From Gemmatimonadaceae bacterium (GTDB lineage: Bacteria > Gemmatimonadota > Gemmatimonadetes > Gemmatimonadales > Gemmatimonadaceae): DNA of 64,000 nucleotides. Positions 18,998-28,554 of this stretch are shown one piece after another; position 1 is the first letter of the stretch; each line of letters begins with the position of its first letter. The translations under genes and the position numbers were made by a program. The DNA is taken from the NCBI GenBank assembly GCA_045803545.1, contig JBJMOW010000005.1:992001-1056000 (forward strand), in the 5' to 3' direction. The notes below the pieces were generated by a model that was not told the origin of the DNA, made no database searches, and saw nothing but the letters and a program-made list of their open reading frames with translations.

Positions 18998-20789
18998 ACC
19001 CCTCGTCCATCGTCGCCTGAATCGGCGAGACCTTGAGGAAATGCGAAATGATCGCGGAGGCGATGCGCGCCGCCCTCCAACCGTGCAACCCGAACTCGAG
19101 CAGCACTGCCACTACGATCTTCGGATGATCGGCGGGTGCGAAGCCAACGAACCAGCCGTGATCCGGGCCGCCGGTGTTTTGCGCGCTTCCCGTTTTTCCG
19201 GCGAGCACTGCTTTTTCACCGGTTGCCATCACGCCCTGGAACTGAGATCCGGCAACAGCCGCGGTGCCGCCTTCCTGTGCCACCGCCTTCAATCCCTCCA
19301 GCAGCGTTGCCTGCAGTTGCGGTGGTAGCGAATAAATCTCTTTGCGCTGCGGCACCAGGTGAGCGATTTCAGGTCGCGCTGCTTTTCCACCAGTGGCGAG
19401 CGCGGTATAAAACTTCGCCATGTTCACGACAGTCTGTGAATTCGCGCCCTGCCCGATCGCCAGGTTCAACGTTTCAGCGTTACTCCACCCGCGCGCGCCG
19501 TACTTGTCGTTGTAGTACTGGATCGCATACGGCCAGTACGGCTGGTTCTCTTCCGGCAGATCGATTCCCGATCTGTCGCGCATGGTGAGGTTGATGCCGC
19601 CGGCGATCAGCTTGGTCAAGCCAATCTTGAGACCGAGCTGATAGAAATACACGTCACACGAATGCTTGATCGCACCGAGCAGATCCACGGATCCATGTCC
19701 GCTGTGGTCCCAGCAGCGGAAATAACGGCTGCCGTACTGATAACCGCCGGTGCACGGAACCGGCATGTGCTCGGTCGGAGTTACCAGACCATCCTCGAGT
19801 GCGATGATACTCGTGGCAAGCTTGAAGGTTGAGCCGGGCGGATATCGTCCCTGAATCGTCTTGTTGACGAGCGGACGACGCTTGTCCTCGAGCAGCGACT
19901 TGTAGTAGTCGACTGGAATGCCGCCGGTGAACTTGTTCGGATCCCAGCTCGGCGCCGAGTACAGTGCCAGCACTTCACCGGTGGTGGGATCCATGGCGAT
20001 CGCACCACCCTGCAGTGAGTCGGCAAAGATGTCGGCCATGAACTTCTGCAGATCGAGATCGATGTTGGTGTAGAGCGGTGGCGCGCCAACGGGATCGAGA
20101 TCCGGCCGCGCGCCTTCATCCCGTACCGGACGGCCGCGCGCATCGACCTCGTCGAATTTCACGCCCTCGCGTCCGTGCAGAATGTTCTCGTACTGCTTCT
20201 CGAGACCCGCCTTCCCGATCTCCTGCCCCGGCTTGTAGGTCGCGTACTTCGGATCGTTCAGCTCATTCTCGGTGATCTCACCGGTGTAGCCGACGAAGGA
20301 TGCCACCATCGGCCCATCCGGATAGTACCGCTTGGGAACGGACTGAATGATCAGCCGTGGGAAATCGAGCCGATGCTCCTCGAGAACCGAAACGATATCG
20401 ATCGAGGCATCGGGAATGATTACCGTCGGTCGAGTTGGCGCGCGACGGTATCGCCTCACCGCCAGGTTGATGTCGTTCTGGGTCAGCTGAAGCGTCGGCG
20501 CGAGCTGGGCGAGTGCGCCTCGCAAGCTATCGACGCTTGGTGCAGTGATCGACACCGAGTAAGCAGGAAGATTCTCCGCGATCACCTGGCCATGACGGTC
20601 ATAGATGATTCCCCTCGGCGCGGGCAGAGGAATTGGTCGCAGGCGATTCTCCTGCGACTGCAGGACATACTGCTTGTGCTGTAAAACCTGGGTTTTGAAA
20701 AAAGCGCCGATGAGAATGAGAAACGCGCCCATCAGCGCCCACGAGCTCATTCGGGAGCGGCGCGCAACGTCGTTCGGGTGAGAGGTCAT
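18996..20789 (-). CDS. mrdA: Penicillin-binding protein 2
   Basis: APRGIIYDR, YPPGSTFK (SxxK), SCD and KTG motifs. Confidence 0.93.
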   Translation of the reverse strand: MTSHPNDVARRSRMSSWALMGAFLILIGAFFKTQVLQHKQYVLQSQENRLRPIPLPAPRGIIYDRHGQVIAENLPAYSVSITAPSVDSLRGALAQLAPTLQLTQNDINLAVRRYRRAPTRPTVIIPDASIDIVSVLEEHRLDFPRLIIQSVPKRYYPDGPMVASFVGYTGEITENELNDPKYATYKPGQEIGKAGLEKQYENILHGREGVKFDEVDARGRPVRDEGARPDLDPVGAPPLYTNIDLDLQKFMADIFADSLQGGAIAMDPTTGEVLALYSAPSWDPNKFTGGIPVDYYKSLLEDKRRPLVNKTIQGRYPPGSTFKLATSIIALEDGLVTPTEHMPVPCTGGYQYGSRYFRCWDHSGHGSVDLLGAIKHSCDVYFYQLGLKIGLTKLIAGGINLTMRDRSGIDLPEENQPYWPYAIQYYNDKYGARGWSNAETLNLAIGQGANSQTVVNMAKFYTALATGGKAARPEIAHLVPQRKEIYSLPPQLQATLLEGLKAVAQEGGTAAVAGSQFQGVMATGEKAVLAGKTGSAQNTGGPDHGWFVGFAPADHPKIVVAVLLEFGLHGWRAARIASAIISHFLKVSPIQATMDEG

Positions 20790-20805
20790 GCTGTGATACT
20801 CTTCC

Positions 20806-21813
20806 TCATTGTCTGACGTCACGAAGAACTTCACGAACCGCGCCAATCACCGCCTCCGGCGCCTCAGCCGGAATGTCATGGCCGCTGTTGGCGACGATCA
20901 CCTGCTTTCCATGCGTCGACAGGCGCGCCAGCTTCGGCTGGATCTCGTGCATCCAGACCTGCTCATATGCGACGCCCTGCTTATCCATATCGGTCACCGG
21001 CGCCGATTGCTGCACTTTCCCTCTCGTCAGCACGATGACAGGTCGGTCGCCAAAACCCCCGGCTGACTCTGCCTCGCGATAGCTCTCGGGTCCCGACGCG
21101 TCGGCGAGACTGGCCATCGTCTTCGGTTGACTGCGCAGCGCAGCAAGGATCTGCGCGCGGGTGCGCTGCGCCGGATCGCTCGGGAGCGATCGTGATGGCG
21201 TCATCAATCGGATGACGCCGAGCAAGCGCGCGGTCTGCGCGCCAATCCAGATCGGATGCCAGAGAACCCTCGGCGCAGTGTGGCCGAGCATGAACGCCGG
21301 CGCGCGGCGCGGCTCATCCTCGTGCGCGGCGTCGACAAATACGACGCCAGCGATTTCCGTTGGGTACATCGCGTTGTAGATGCGCGCATTCAGTCCGCCG
21401 AGCGAATGGCCGACGTAAATGAAAGGCATCGGGATCCCGGCGCGATGAAGCAGCTGGTGCAAATCGGAGGACATCGCCTCGCTGGTGCGCGGGAATGGAC
21501 CGATGTCGCTCCAGCCGAATCCCGCGCGATCGAACGAGCACGCGCGAGTCTGCTTCGCGATCTCGGCCTGGACATCTGACCACTGCAAGCCAGGAAAGCC
21601 GGCGCCGGAGTCGAAGATGACAGCGGGAGCTCCTTCGCCGGAGCAATCGATGTTGAGGCTCCGACCACCGATGTCCACCGCGCGCCCAATCCTCGGCAGC
21701 CGTCGCGCGTCGTTGCGTTCACCGATCTGCCCGTAAACCGCCCCGACGATTACAGTCGCGAGCAATACGCCTGCGAAAATCCAGGCCAGCCGTTTGTGCA
21801 CGTCAGTCACCAA
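20806..21813 (-). CDS. Membrane-anchored alpha/beta hydrolase
   Basis: DRAGFGWS, GHSLGG and SGHDI. Confidence 0.88.
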   Translation of the reverse strand: MVTDVHKRLAWIFAGVLLATVIVGAVYGQIGERNDARRLPRIGRAVDIGGRSLNIDCSGEGAPAVIFDSGAGFPGLQWSDVQAEIAKQTRACSFDRAGFGWSDIGPFPRTSEAMSSDLHQLLHRAGIPMPFIYVGHSLGGLNARIYNAMYPTEIAGVVFVDAAHEDEPRRAPAFMLGHTAPRVLWHPIWIGAQTARLLGVIRLMTPSRSLPSDPAQRTRAQILAALRSQPKTMASLADASGPESYREAESAGGFGDRPVIVLTRGKVQQSAPVTDMDKQGVAYEQVWMHEIQPKLARLSTHGKQVIVANSGHDIPAEAPEAVIGAVREVLRDVRQ

Positions 21814-21828
21814 TGCATCGATGATCTG

Positions 21829-22794
21829 CTACCTGCAGTCGGCGCGCGGTGTCGGCAATGAACGGCCGTCGACGAGTGAGCGCGGTGTCGATGGCGTCAC
21901 CGGTGTCGACAGGCTACGCGCCGCGCTGAGATCACGTCGCAGCTCGCCGAGTCGAAGGAAATTTCCGGCTTCGGTGGTCGACTGCAGCGAGGGGCTCGCC
22001 GCGCCGTCCCCCCAATAGTCGCTGTGATCGGCGCCGGTGATAGTGACGCCTTTGAGGGTCCTGTTCCAACCCGGCATCATCACGCTCGGACCGTAGCGGC
22101 CGAGCGCGCGCTGCGACGCCTCGCTCTTGCCGGCGAGCGATTGTCCGGGGGGAAATGCCCAGTGCAGCACCTTGTCGTCGAGCGAGTGCAGCACGCGGAC
22201 TTCTATGCCTTCCGCCCACAGCTGCATCAGCAGGTCGAAGAATTTTCCACCCGGCTCGAGCATTTCCGACGGCACTGCCGGCGCCATCAGCACCACTCGC
22301 CCAGCTTTCGGTAGTGCGCGCTTTCTGAGAAGCAGCAGCGTCTCCAGCACTACGCGCGCCCCGAGTGAGTGGGCGATGAAGTCGACCCGCTCGAGATTGG
22401 GGAGCTTCGCCAGCAATGAATCGAGATCCTTCGCAGCACTGATAGCGGTGTGCACCGCGGTCGGATAAATCAGAAAGTCGAGCTTGTCGAAGAATCCCCA
22501 CTGCGCGTCGCCCGGCCAGAAGGTGTCGCTGAACAGTGCTTCGAATGCGTCGGGATCGACCGAACCGAATAGCGCGCGCTCGCGTTTTCTGAATGCGAAG
22601 TAGGCAGTAGCAGCACCGCCGTCACTGTTATTGAAGCCGTGCACAAGTACGAGACAGCTTCTGCGAGCGAGTGCTTCCGGCAACAGGCCGTGAAAGACGG
22701 CGGGGTCGAGCAGCTTGCCGCCTTCCTTCTCGCGCCGCAGGTAAAGCTCGAGCCACGGCGAGTAGCCGCACGGACGCTTCGAATTCTTACCCAT
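21829..22794 (-). CDS. Alpha/beta hydrolase (DUF900-like)
   Basis: VHGFN, AHSLG, D.VL and HSDYW. Confidence 0.8.
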   Translation of the reverse strand: MGKNSKRPCGYSPWLELYLRREKEGGKLLDPAVFHGLLPEALARRSCLVLVHGFNNSDGGAATAYFAFRKRERALFGSVDPDAFEALFSDTFWPGDAQWGFFDKLDFLIYPTAVHTAISAAKDLDSLLAKLPNLERVDFIAHSLGARVVLETLLLLRKRALPKAGRVVLMAPAVPSEMLEPGGKFFDLLMQLWAEGIEVRVLHSLDDKVLHWAFPPGQSLAGKSEASQRALGRYGPSVMMPGWNRTLKGVTITGADHSDYWGDGAASPSLQSTTEAGNFLRLGELRRDLSAARSLSTPVTPSTPRSLVDGRSLPTPRADCR

Positions 22795-23686
22795 TTCTGA
22801 CTTTCTGCAGCGCGGTGACGAGATCCTTTGCCACCGGCGCGAGAATTCCGCCGACGAGTGAGATCGGAATCATCGACATCGAGAACGAATTGGCCAGCGC
22901 GCCCCAGGTGATTTCCCCACTGCCCTCGGCGGCCCAGCGCGCGAACATCAGCGACACCAGCATCACGATGATGCCCGTGATGTTCGCCGCCAGCTGATTC
23001 CAGTTGGCCCAGCTGTCCGACGTATAGAGCTGGAATCCATCCAGCTTTCCTTTTACAGTCTGTCTGAGACGAGCGATCAGCTCGCTCTGTCGCTTGACCT
23101 CTTCCTTTTGCTGTTCTTCAGGAAGATTCGCCGCGTTGAACAGCGCCGACGGACCGTTGCGCAGCCAGCTCTCGATATCACCGCGACTTGCACCCACAGT
23201 CAGAACGCGATACAGGCTTTCGTATTGCTGCGGATTGGCGAGCACGATATCCGATACTTCCTGGATGCTGCCCATCATCCGCTCCAGCTCCAGCGCAAAG
23301 ACGGCGTGCGCCGGATTGCGATTCTGGGTGTAGCCGCCCGAGAGTCCACGGAGTTGGATCAGCTGCTGGGCAGCGACAGTGCCATCCTCAGGCGAGACGC
23401 CGGTGGTGAGCTGCAGCAATTGCGTCAGCGCATGCTCACCTCGATGCGGGTCGGAGTTCGCGGACTTCGCGTTATTCATCATCCACTCCGTCCACCGCCG
23501 CGCCTGAAACTTGGTGCGCTTATCGAGCAGCTTTTTCCACAGCTCGATGAACGCCATCGAGAACGCGCCAATGGCAATCAGCGGGGTGAGATACTTGAGC
23601 AGAAAGTCGGTGAGCTGATACACCGCCTTGCCGACATCCGTCGCGGGTGTTGCGTCCTGCACCAACAGAATGAGATACATGCGCAC
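22787..23686 (-). CDS. Hypothetical membrane protein
   Basis: One N-terminal and two C-terminal TM segments. Overlaps the hydrolase start. Confidence 0.75.
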   Translation of the reverse strand: MRMYLILLVQDATPATDVGKAVYQLTDFLLKYLTPLIAIGAFSMAFIELWKKLLDKRTKFQARRWTEWMMNNAKSANSDPHRGEHALTQLLQLTTGVSPEDGTVAAQQLIQLRGLSGGYTQNRNPAHAVFALELERMMGSIQEVSDIVLANPQQYESLYRVLTVGASRGDIESWLRNGPSALFNAANLPEEQQKEEVKRQSELIARLRQTVKGKLDGFQLYTSDSWANWNQLAANITGIIVMLVSLMFARWAAEGSGEITWGALANSFSMSMIPISLVGGILAPVAKDLVTALQKVRNG

Positions 23687-23719
23687 CTCTTCGTAGATTG
23701 GGTAGTCGCGTTCTCATCG

Positions 23720-24109
23720 TCACATGTCCTGATTGATGAAGTTGGCGTAAACCTCGAGGACGCGTGAGCTGTCGAGCGGAAAAGTCACGTTCCAGAGCCG
23801 GCGTCGCAGTCCAAGATTGATTCGGTGCTCGTACCAGCAGTCGAGGTAAGCATTGCCGAGAGCGAGTTTTCCATCCTTGACGATGCTGGCATGTCGCTCA
23901 GCGCACTTGAAATCGTTGCGCTGCATCGCTTCCCAGACGCCCGGCTCGGTCATGCCTACGAGGTACTTCAGAGTATCGGCGAGCTGCTTACCCGATTTGA
24001 ACCTGGCGACGTCGAGGTGGTACGGATCAGGATTCTTTTTGCACCCAACTGTAAGAACGATGCAGGCGATGAACGTGAGGAATCGGGTGGTGATGGCTGA
24101 CATTGGCAT
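23720..24109 (-). CDS. Hypothetical lipoprotein
   Basis: LTVGC lipobox and RBS GGAGG. Confidence 0.7.
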   Translation of the reverse strand: MPMSAITTRFLTFIACIVLTVGCKKNPDPYHLDVARFKSGKQLADTLKYLVGMTEPGVWEAMQRNDFKCAERHASIVKDGKLALGNAYLDCWYEHRINLGLRRRLWNVTFPLDSSRVLEVYANFINQDM

Positions 24110-24166
24110 CCTCCGTTGGTAAGGAGGAAATTGCCGCTTCCAACCCGCTTTGCAAGCTGACGGCGA

Positions 24167-24865
24167 TCAGGCCGTAGACATCTGCCGTCGTCCCCAGGCG
24201 TCATTGCCTTTGACGATCAGCCACACCGCGAACGCTATTTCGGTGGGGCCACCGAGCGCGATGATGTAACGCTGCACCAGCACCGCCAGCGGCGGCCAGA
24301 GGAAGATCAGCCAGAACACCCCCGCAATCACCCACCAGACTCCCAGCCACCGCGGTACAAAAGTCGACTTGAGCATCAGATAGCCGGTAACCAGCTCGAA
24401 CAGCGCGAACAGCGGGAACGAGATGAAGAAAGCCTTCGAATACAGCGCGAGGCCGAGCATTACCGACGACTGCAGTTGCGCGGCCGTGAACGCGCTCGCG
24501 AGGTGAGCGTCGCCGAGTATGATCGGCGGGACGATGCGCAGCAGGCCGGCCACGATCTGCACGATGCAGCCGGTAAGACTGAAGAAGGCGGCGGTGAGCG
24601 CGAAGCTTCGGTTCACCGGCCTGAACAGTCCGTAAAGGCACGCAGTCAGTGCGATGTAGAGCGCGTTGGCAACGAGATCGATCGAGGCTGAAGCCTGAAA
24701 CAGCGCGGGATGCGCGAGAATGTTTTGCGCCGTCGCCACCGCAGCGCCGGTGACAACGATTCCCTTTAGCAGATACAGCGATGGAATTCCAACCACAACG
24801 TACACCAGCCACAAGATTCCAATCGCCCTCGGCGAGGGATGCATTTCGTTTGTGGACTCAGTCAT
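24167..24865 (-). CDS. DUF4386-like membrane protein
   Basis: About 6 TM segments with ATAQNILAH..LF, LFRPVNR, KSTFVPRWLG and WLIVKG. Confidence 0.8.
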   Translation of the reverse strand: MTESTNEMHPSPRAIGILWLVYVVVGIPSLYLLKGIVVTGAAVATAQNILAHPALFQASASIDLVANALYIALTACLYGLFRPVNRSFALTAAFFSLTGCIVQIVAGLLRIVPPIILGDAHLASAFTAAQLQSSVMLGLALYSKAFFISFPLFALFELVTGYLMLKSTFVPRWLGVWWVIAGVFWLIFLWPPLAVLVQRYIIALGGPTEIAFAVWLIVKGNDAWGRRQMSTA

Positions 24866-24881
24866 GCGGCCCGGCTCCCGA

Positions 24882-25520
24882 TTAGCGCGGCGCTGATTCC
24901 GGCGTCTGGTTTTGTGACAGGAGTTTCGTAACGAAGCGCTGGCCCTCGGAGATGCGCTCGACCTCGATTGCGATCGCTTCCATGCCCTGTTCGAGTCGCT
25001 GGAGCCGGTCGGAGTCTGGGCCGGGCAATGCAGGCGCCGATTTGCGCGACTTCCGCCAGCGGCGCCGCGCGAAGACGTAGAACGCGGACATCAAGACAAA
25101 AGTCGTCCCCATTCCGACGGCGAGCCCTTCGCCAAAATTATCGCCGTCTCCGCCGCGCGGCTGCTGCGCCTGCGAGATCAGCTCAGGAGATGCCGCCGCT
25201 ACCTCACGACCGACCGTGCCGAGGTCCGTCTCGAGCTGGAGAATGCGCGCGTCGAGCAGGTTCAGCTGCCCCTGGATTCCTGGCGCCGCCCCGTCGGGTG
25301 CGACGCGCAGCTGCTCGATGAGAGTGTTGCGTCGATCGGTGACGGAGTTGAGCTGGTCGGAGATTTCGCGACGGCGGGCGAGCAGCGCGTTCATCTCCTC
25401 GTGGCTCTTCGGGATTCGAAGAGCCTGACCCTTGCCGTCACTCGTATATACGGTAACGGTCGGAACTTTCACCTGCGGCGCGACGTCGGCGGCTGATTGA
25501 GTGCGTGTAGTTGCCTGCAT
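24882..25520 (-). CDS. Coiled-coil single-TM hypothetical protein (paralog A)
   Basis: C-terminal RLEQGMEAIAIEVERISEGQRFVTKLL. Confidence 0.85.
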   Translation of the reverse strand: MQATTRTQSAADVAPQVKVPTVTVYTSDGKGQALRIPKSHEEMNALLARRREISDQLNSVTDRRNTLIEQLRVAPDGAAPGIQGQLNLLDARILQLETDLGTVGREVAAASPELISQAQQPRGGDGDNFGEGLAVGMGTTFVLMSAFYVFARRRWRKSRKSAPALPGPDSDRLQRLEQGMEAIAIEVERISEGQRFVTKLLSQNQTPESAPR

Positions 25521-25531
25521 GAAGTTTTCGG

Positions 25532-26191
25532 CTAGCGAGGTGCGGGCTCATTGCTGCGCGACTCCGACATCAATCTCGTCACGAAGCGCTGACCCTCAGA
25601 GATGCGCTCGATCTCGATCGCCATTGCCTCGATTCCGTTCTCGAGCCTCTTGAGACGCTCGGAATCCTCAGCGGGAAGTCTGCGCGGAGACGGCACGTCG
25701 CGACGAACGAATCTCTTCCAGATCCAGCGCGCGAGCAGTAGTACCACCGCCACGCCACCGAGAGTACTGAAGACGCCGACAGCAACGCCATCCTCGAAGT
25801 TTCCCGGTTCGTCGGGCGCAGGGGTCGGTTCCGCTGCCATCGACATCAGGTCGGGCGACGCGCCGGCGACCTCCTGACCGATCACATTGAGGCTCGTTTC
25901 CAGCTGGACGATGCGATCGTTCAGGACGTTGAGCTGCGCCTGGAATCCGGGTTTGGCGGACTCGGGTGCCGCGTTCAACTGTTCGAGCAAATCGTTGCGA
26001 TGGTCGGTCGCCTGCTCCAGCTGCTCGTTCATTACTCGACGCTGGGTGAGCAGCGCCATCATGTCGTCGTGGCTCTTGGGTATCTCCAACGTCTGCGTTC
26101 GGAGTACTCCATTCCCCGCGTCAACGAAGACGTGGACGGCCGGCTTGGCTTTTGGCGCTACGTCAGCGCCTGCTTTTGCGGTTGCTTGCAT
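25532..26191 (-). CDS. Coiled-coil single-TM hypothetical protein (paralog B)
   Basis: Similar to 24882-25520 over its full length. Confidence 0.85.
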   Translation of the reverse strand: MQATAKAGADVAPKAKPAVHVFVDAGNGVLRTQTLEIPKSHDDMMALLTQRRVMNEQLEQATDHRNDLLEQLNAAPESAKPGFQAQLNVLNDRIVQLETSLNVIGQEVAGASPDLMSMAAEPTPAPDEPGNFEDGVAVGVFSTLGGVAVVLLLARWIWKRFVRRDVPSPRRLPAEDSERLKRLENGIEAMAIEIERISEGQRFVTRLMSESRSNEPAPR

Positions 26192-26241
26192 AATTGCCAT
26201 ACGGTGCGGCAGCACGTTGGGTTACAGACGTTTCGACACTG

Positions 26242-27459
26242 CTAATCCTTGTAAGGATCGTACTCGTTCTCCCCTGCCATTACCACGATCAGCGGCCTGA
26301 GAGTGTGAAGAACGCGCACGGTTTCGCCCTGGGCAGCAAGAACTTCCGGCAGCCTGCGATATGCCTGCGGGGCTTCGTCGAGCCCGCCGCCGCGAAGAAT
26401 GATTGCTTTGGGGCCAAGCCATTGGTTGACCATCTCCCATGAGACTTTGCCGGGCGAGACGATGCGCGCCTTCGGTCCCCAGCCTTTCTTTTTGCCGCGG
26501 GCTTCGGTGCGCGACATCACTCGTCCCGCACCATGGACCGTCGACCAGAGCGCGGCCTCGGATTTCTCGGCTACATCACGTGTGCCTTCGAGGATGACTG
26601 CGTCGTCGCCCATCGATCCGCCGACGAATCCGCGCTGGCCCGGAAACGCCGGTGTGGCTCCCTTGCGCACGACGATCAGTTCTTCGCCGCCGTGCGTCTC
26701 CTTCCAGGCGAAGTTGTGATGATTGTGCACGAGGTCAAGCTCGTTGGCGCCTAATATGTCTACGACTTTCCGCGCCACCCATTCTCTGCCGGCGTAAGCG
26801 TATTTGCCGCCCAGCTCCATCAGGGACCAATACGCGTCTCCGAGCGGCGATCTGATGTCGAGCAGCGTCTCGCGCTCCGGTACGCGCGCCCCCCACTTCT
26901 CGTTCGCCGACAGCGCGAGCACGCCTGAGGCGACGGTGTGTCCGAACCCGCGCGAGCCGAAATGCACGCCGACCCAAATGCGGCCGTCTTCATCCGCGAA
27001 GATGTCGACGTAATGGTTGCCACTGCCGACAGTGCCCAGCTGATTGCGCGCTTTTTCTCTCAGCTCGCCCTGGATGTGCTGCGGCAGCGCCGTCCACGCG
27101 GCGTCCTCGAACAGTTCATCGGCGCGCGGTGCGTCGCGCGACACATTCTTGCGACCCATCCCGAATGACACGGTGCGCTGGATCTCGTCAGCGATTTGCT
27201 CCAGCTCCTCGCGGGTATAGTCGCTGATAGTGCGGTCGGTCATGATCGCCGCGTTGCCACACGCGATGTCGAATCCAACGCCGACGACGGAGACCTTGTC
27301 GCGGTACGCCGCGACGCCACCAATCGGCATCACATACCCGACGTGTCCGTCGGCCATCAGCGCCGCGCGCTCCGCGCGCGATGCTACGTCCCGAAGCTGG
27401 GTGAGAGTCTTTTCATCGTGGCTGCCGAAAACCGCGGTGTTGTCTATGACGAGCGACAT
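26242..27459 (-). CDS. rtcB: RtcB RNA ligase
   Basis: DGHVGY.MPIGG, VGFDIACG, GSGNHY, H.GSRG, HHN, RKGAT and HGAGR. Confidence 0.95.
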   Translation of the reverse strand: MSLVIDNTAVFGSHDEKTLTQLRDVASRAERAALMADGHVGYVMPIGGVAAYRDKVSVVGVGFDIACGNAAIMTDRTISDYTREELEQIADEIQRTVSFGMGRKNVSRDAPRADELFEDAAWTALPQHIQGELREKARNQLGTVGSGNHYVDIFADEDGRIWVGVHFGSRGFGHTVASGVLALSANEKWGARVPERETLLDIRSPLGDAYWSLMELGGKYAYAGREWVARKVVDILGANELDLVHNHHNFAWKETHGGEELIVVRKGATPAFPGQRGFVGGSMGDDAVILEGTRDVAEKSEAALWSTVHGAGRVMSRTEARGKKKGWGPKARIVSPGKVSWEMVNQWLGPKAIILRGGGLDEAPQAYRRLPEVLAAQGETVRVLHTLRPLIVVMAGENEYDPYKD

Positions 27460-27492
27460 GACGACAACTGGTGCAACTAAGCGGCCGCCACC

Positions 27493-28182
27493 TTAGAGCA
27501 GGTCGCAGTACATGAAGCGGTTGTCGCGCAACACTCTCTCACCGGCCTCGCAAGCAACAGCATTGGCGAACATGGGTCCGTTCGAGACGAAAGTGTGAAA
27601 TTCACCTCGCTCTCCACATGGATCTGCGGAGGAGGGCAGATCCGCTAGCAGCGCGGAATCGAAGGCTCGTCCAGCGAAGCTCTCATCGAGCTGAGTGGTG
27701 TCGACGCATACGAGCCGTGCATTGAATCCGCGATCGATAAACTCGCGCGCGAGATCGGCGGTATTGCGCCCCCAGATCGGAAAGACCGGGTCGAAGCCTG
27801 AACCTGAGAGCAAACCTTCGCGATACGCGCGCACGTCTTCGAGGAATAGATCCCCGAACGCAATGTGCTTGGCCTCTGGCCAGCGAGCGCGAATCTCGTC
27901 GACGGCAAGGCGAAACGCAGCCTCGTACGCATCGTTGGATGAATTCGGCTCGAGCGAAATCTCGACGAGCGGGAGTCCGATACTCTGCGCTTGCAGCTCG
28001 AGCAACGCCCGACGCACACCGTGCACGCTGATGCGATCGTACACGCGCGTCACACTCGTGAGCAGTGCCACCGGCTGGAATTCGTCGCTGCGCTGAAGCT
28101 CCGCCAGGGCAAGCGCGCTGTCCTTGCCGCCGCTCCAACTCAGGACGACTGGCTTCCCCGATGTCTCGCGAGCTACGGTCAC
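27493..28182 (-). CDS. Dph6/DUF71-family PP-loop ATPase
   Basis: SWSGGKDS, FGDLFLED and DPCGERGEFHTFV. Confidence 0.9.
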   Translation of the reverse strand: MTVARETSGKPVVLSWSGGKDSALALAELQRSDEFQPVALLTSVTRVYDRISVHGVRRALLELQAQSIGLPLVEISLEPNSSNDAYEAAFRLAVDEIRARWPEAKHIAFGDLFLEDVRAYREGLLSGSGFDPVFPIWGRNTADLAREFIDRGFNARLVCVDTTQLDESFAGRAFDSALLADLPSSADPCGERGEFHTFVSNGPMFANAVACEAGERVLRDNRFMYCDLL

Positions 28183-28200
28183 GAGAAACTAGCGAGCGCC

Positions 28201-28374
28201 CCATTCCCCACGTCAACGAAGACGCGGACGGGCTTTGCTGGTCGCGCTAAGTCGGCGGCCGGTTTTGGTGTTGCCTGCATGATTGCCACACGGGTGGGCG
28301 GCACGTTGGGTTACAGGACGTTCGACACTTCGATCCGCGTATGGATCGTACTCAGTCTCCGCCGCCATTACCAC
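28201..28374 (-). repeat. Diverged duplicate of 26109-26286 (rtcB 3' end, spacer and start of the next gene)
   Basis: Translates VVMAAETEYDPY (rtcB: VVMAGENEYDPY) and MQATPK...VFVDVGNG (paralog B: MQATAK...VFVDAGNG). Shares GCACGTTGGGTTACAG. Confidence 0.85.
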
Positions 28375-28554
28375 TTGATGACCACAGTGCAGCGAGACAA
28401 CTGCGGGGTAACGTCACGCCACCTGCCAAACGCTCAAATCGACTAATGATAGAAAAAAAGCATCTCGAGATAGAAAATGAACATTTCCGGATGGAGACAA
28501 ATGCAGAGAATTTGTTTCGTTAAATACTACTCACCGCGTGCTTAGGAGACATGG

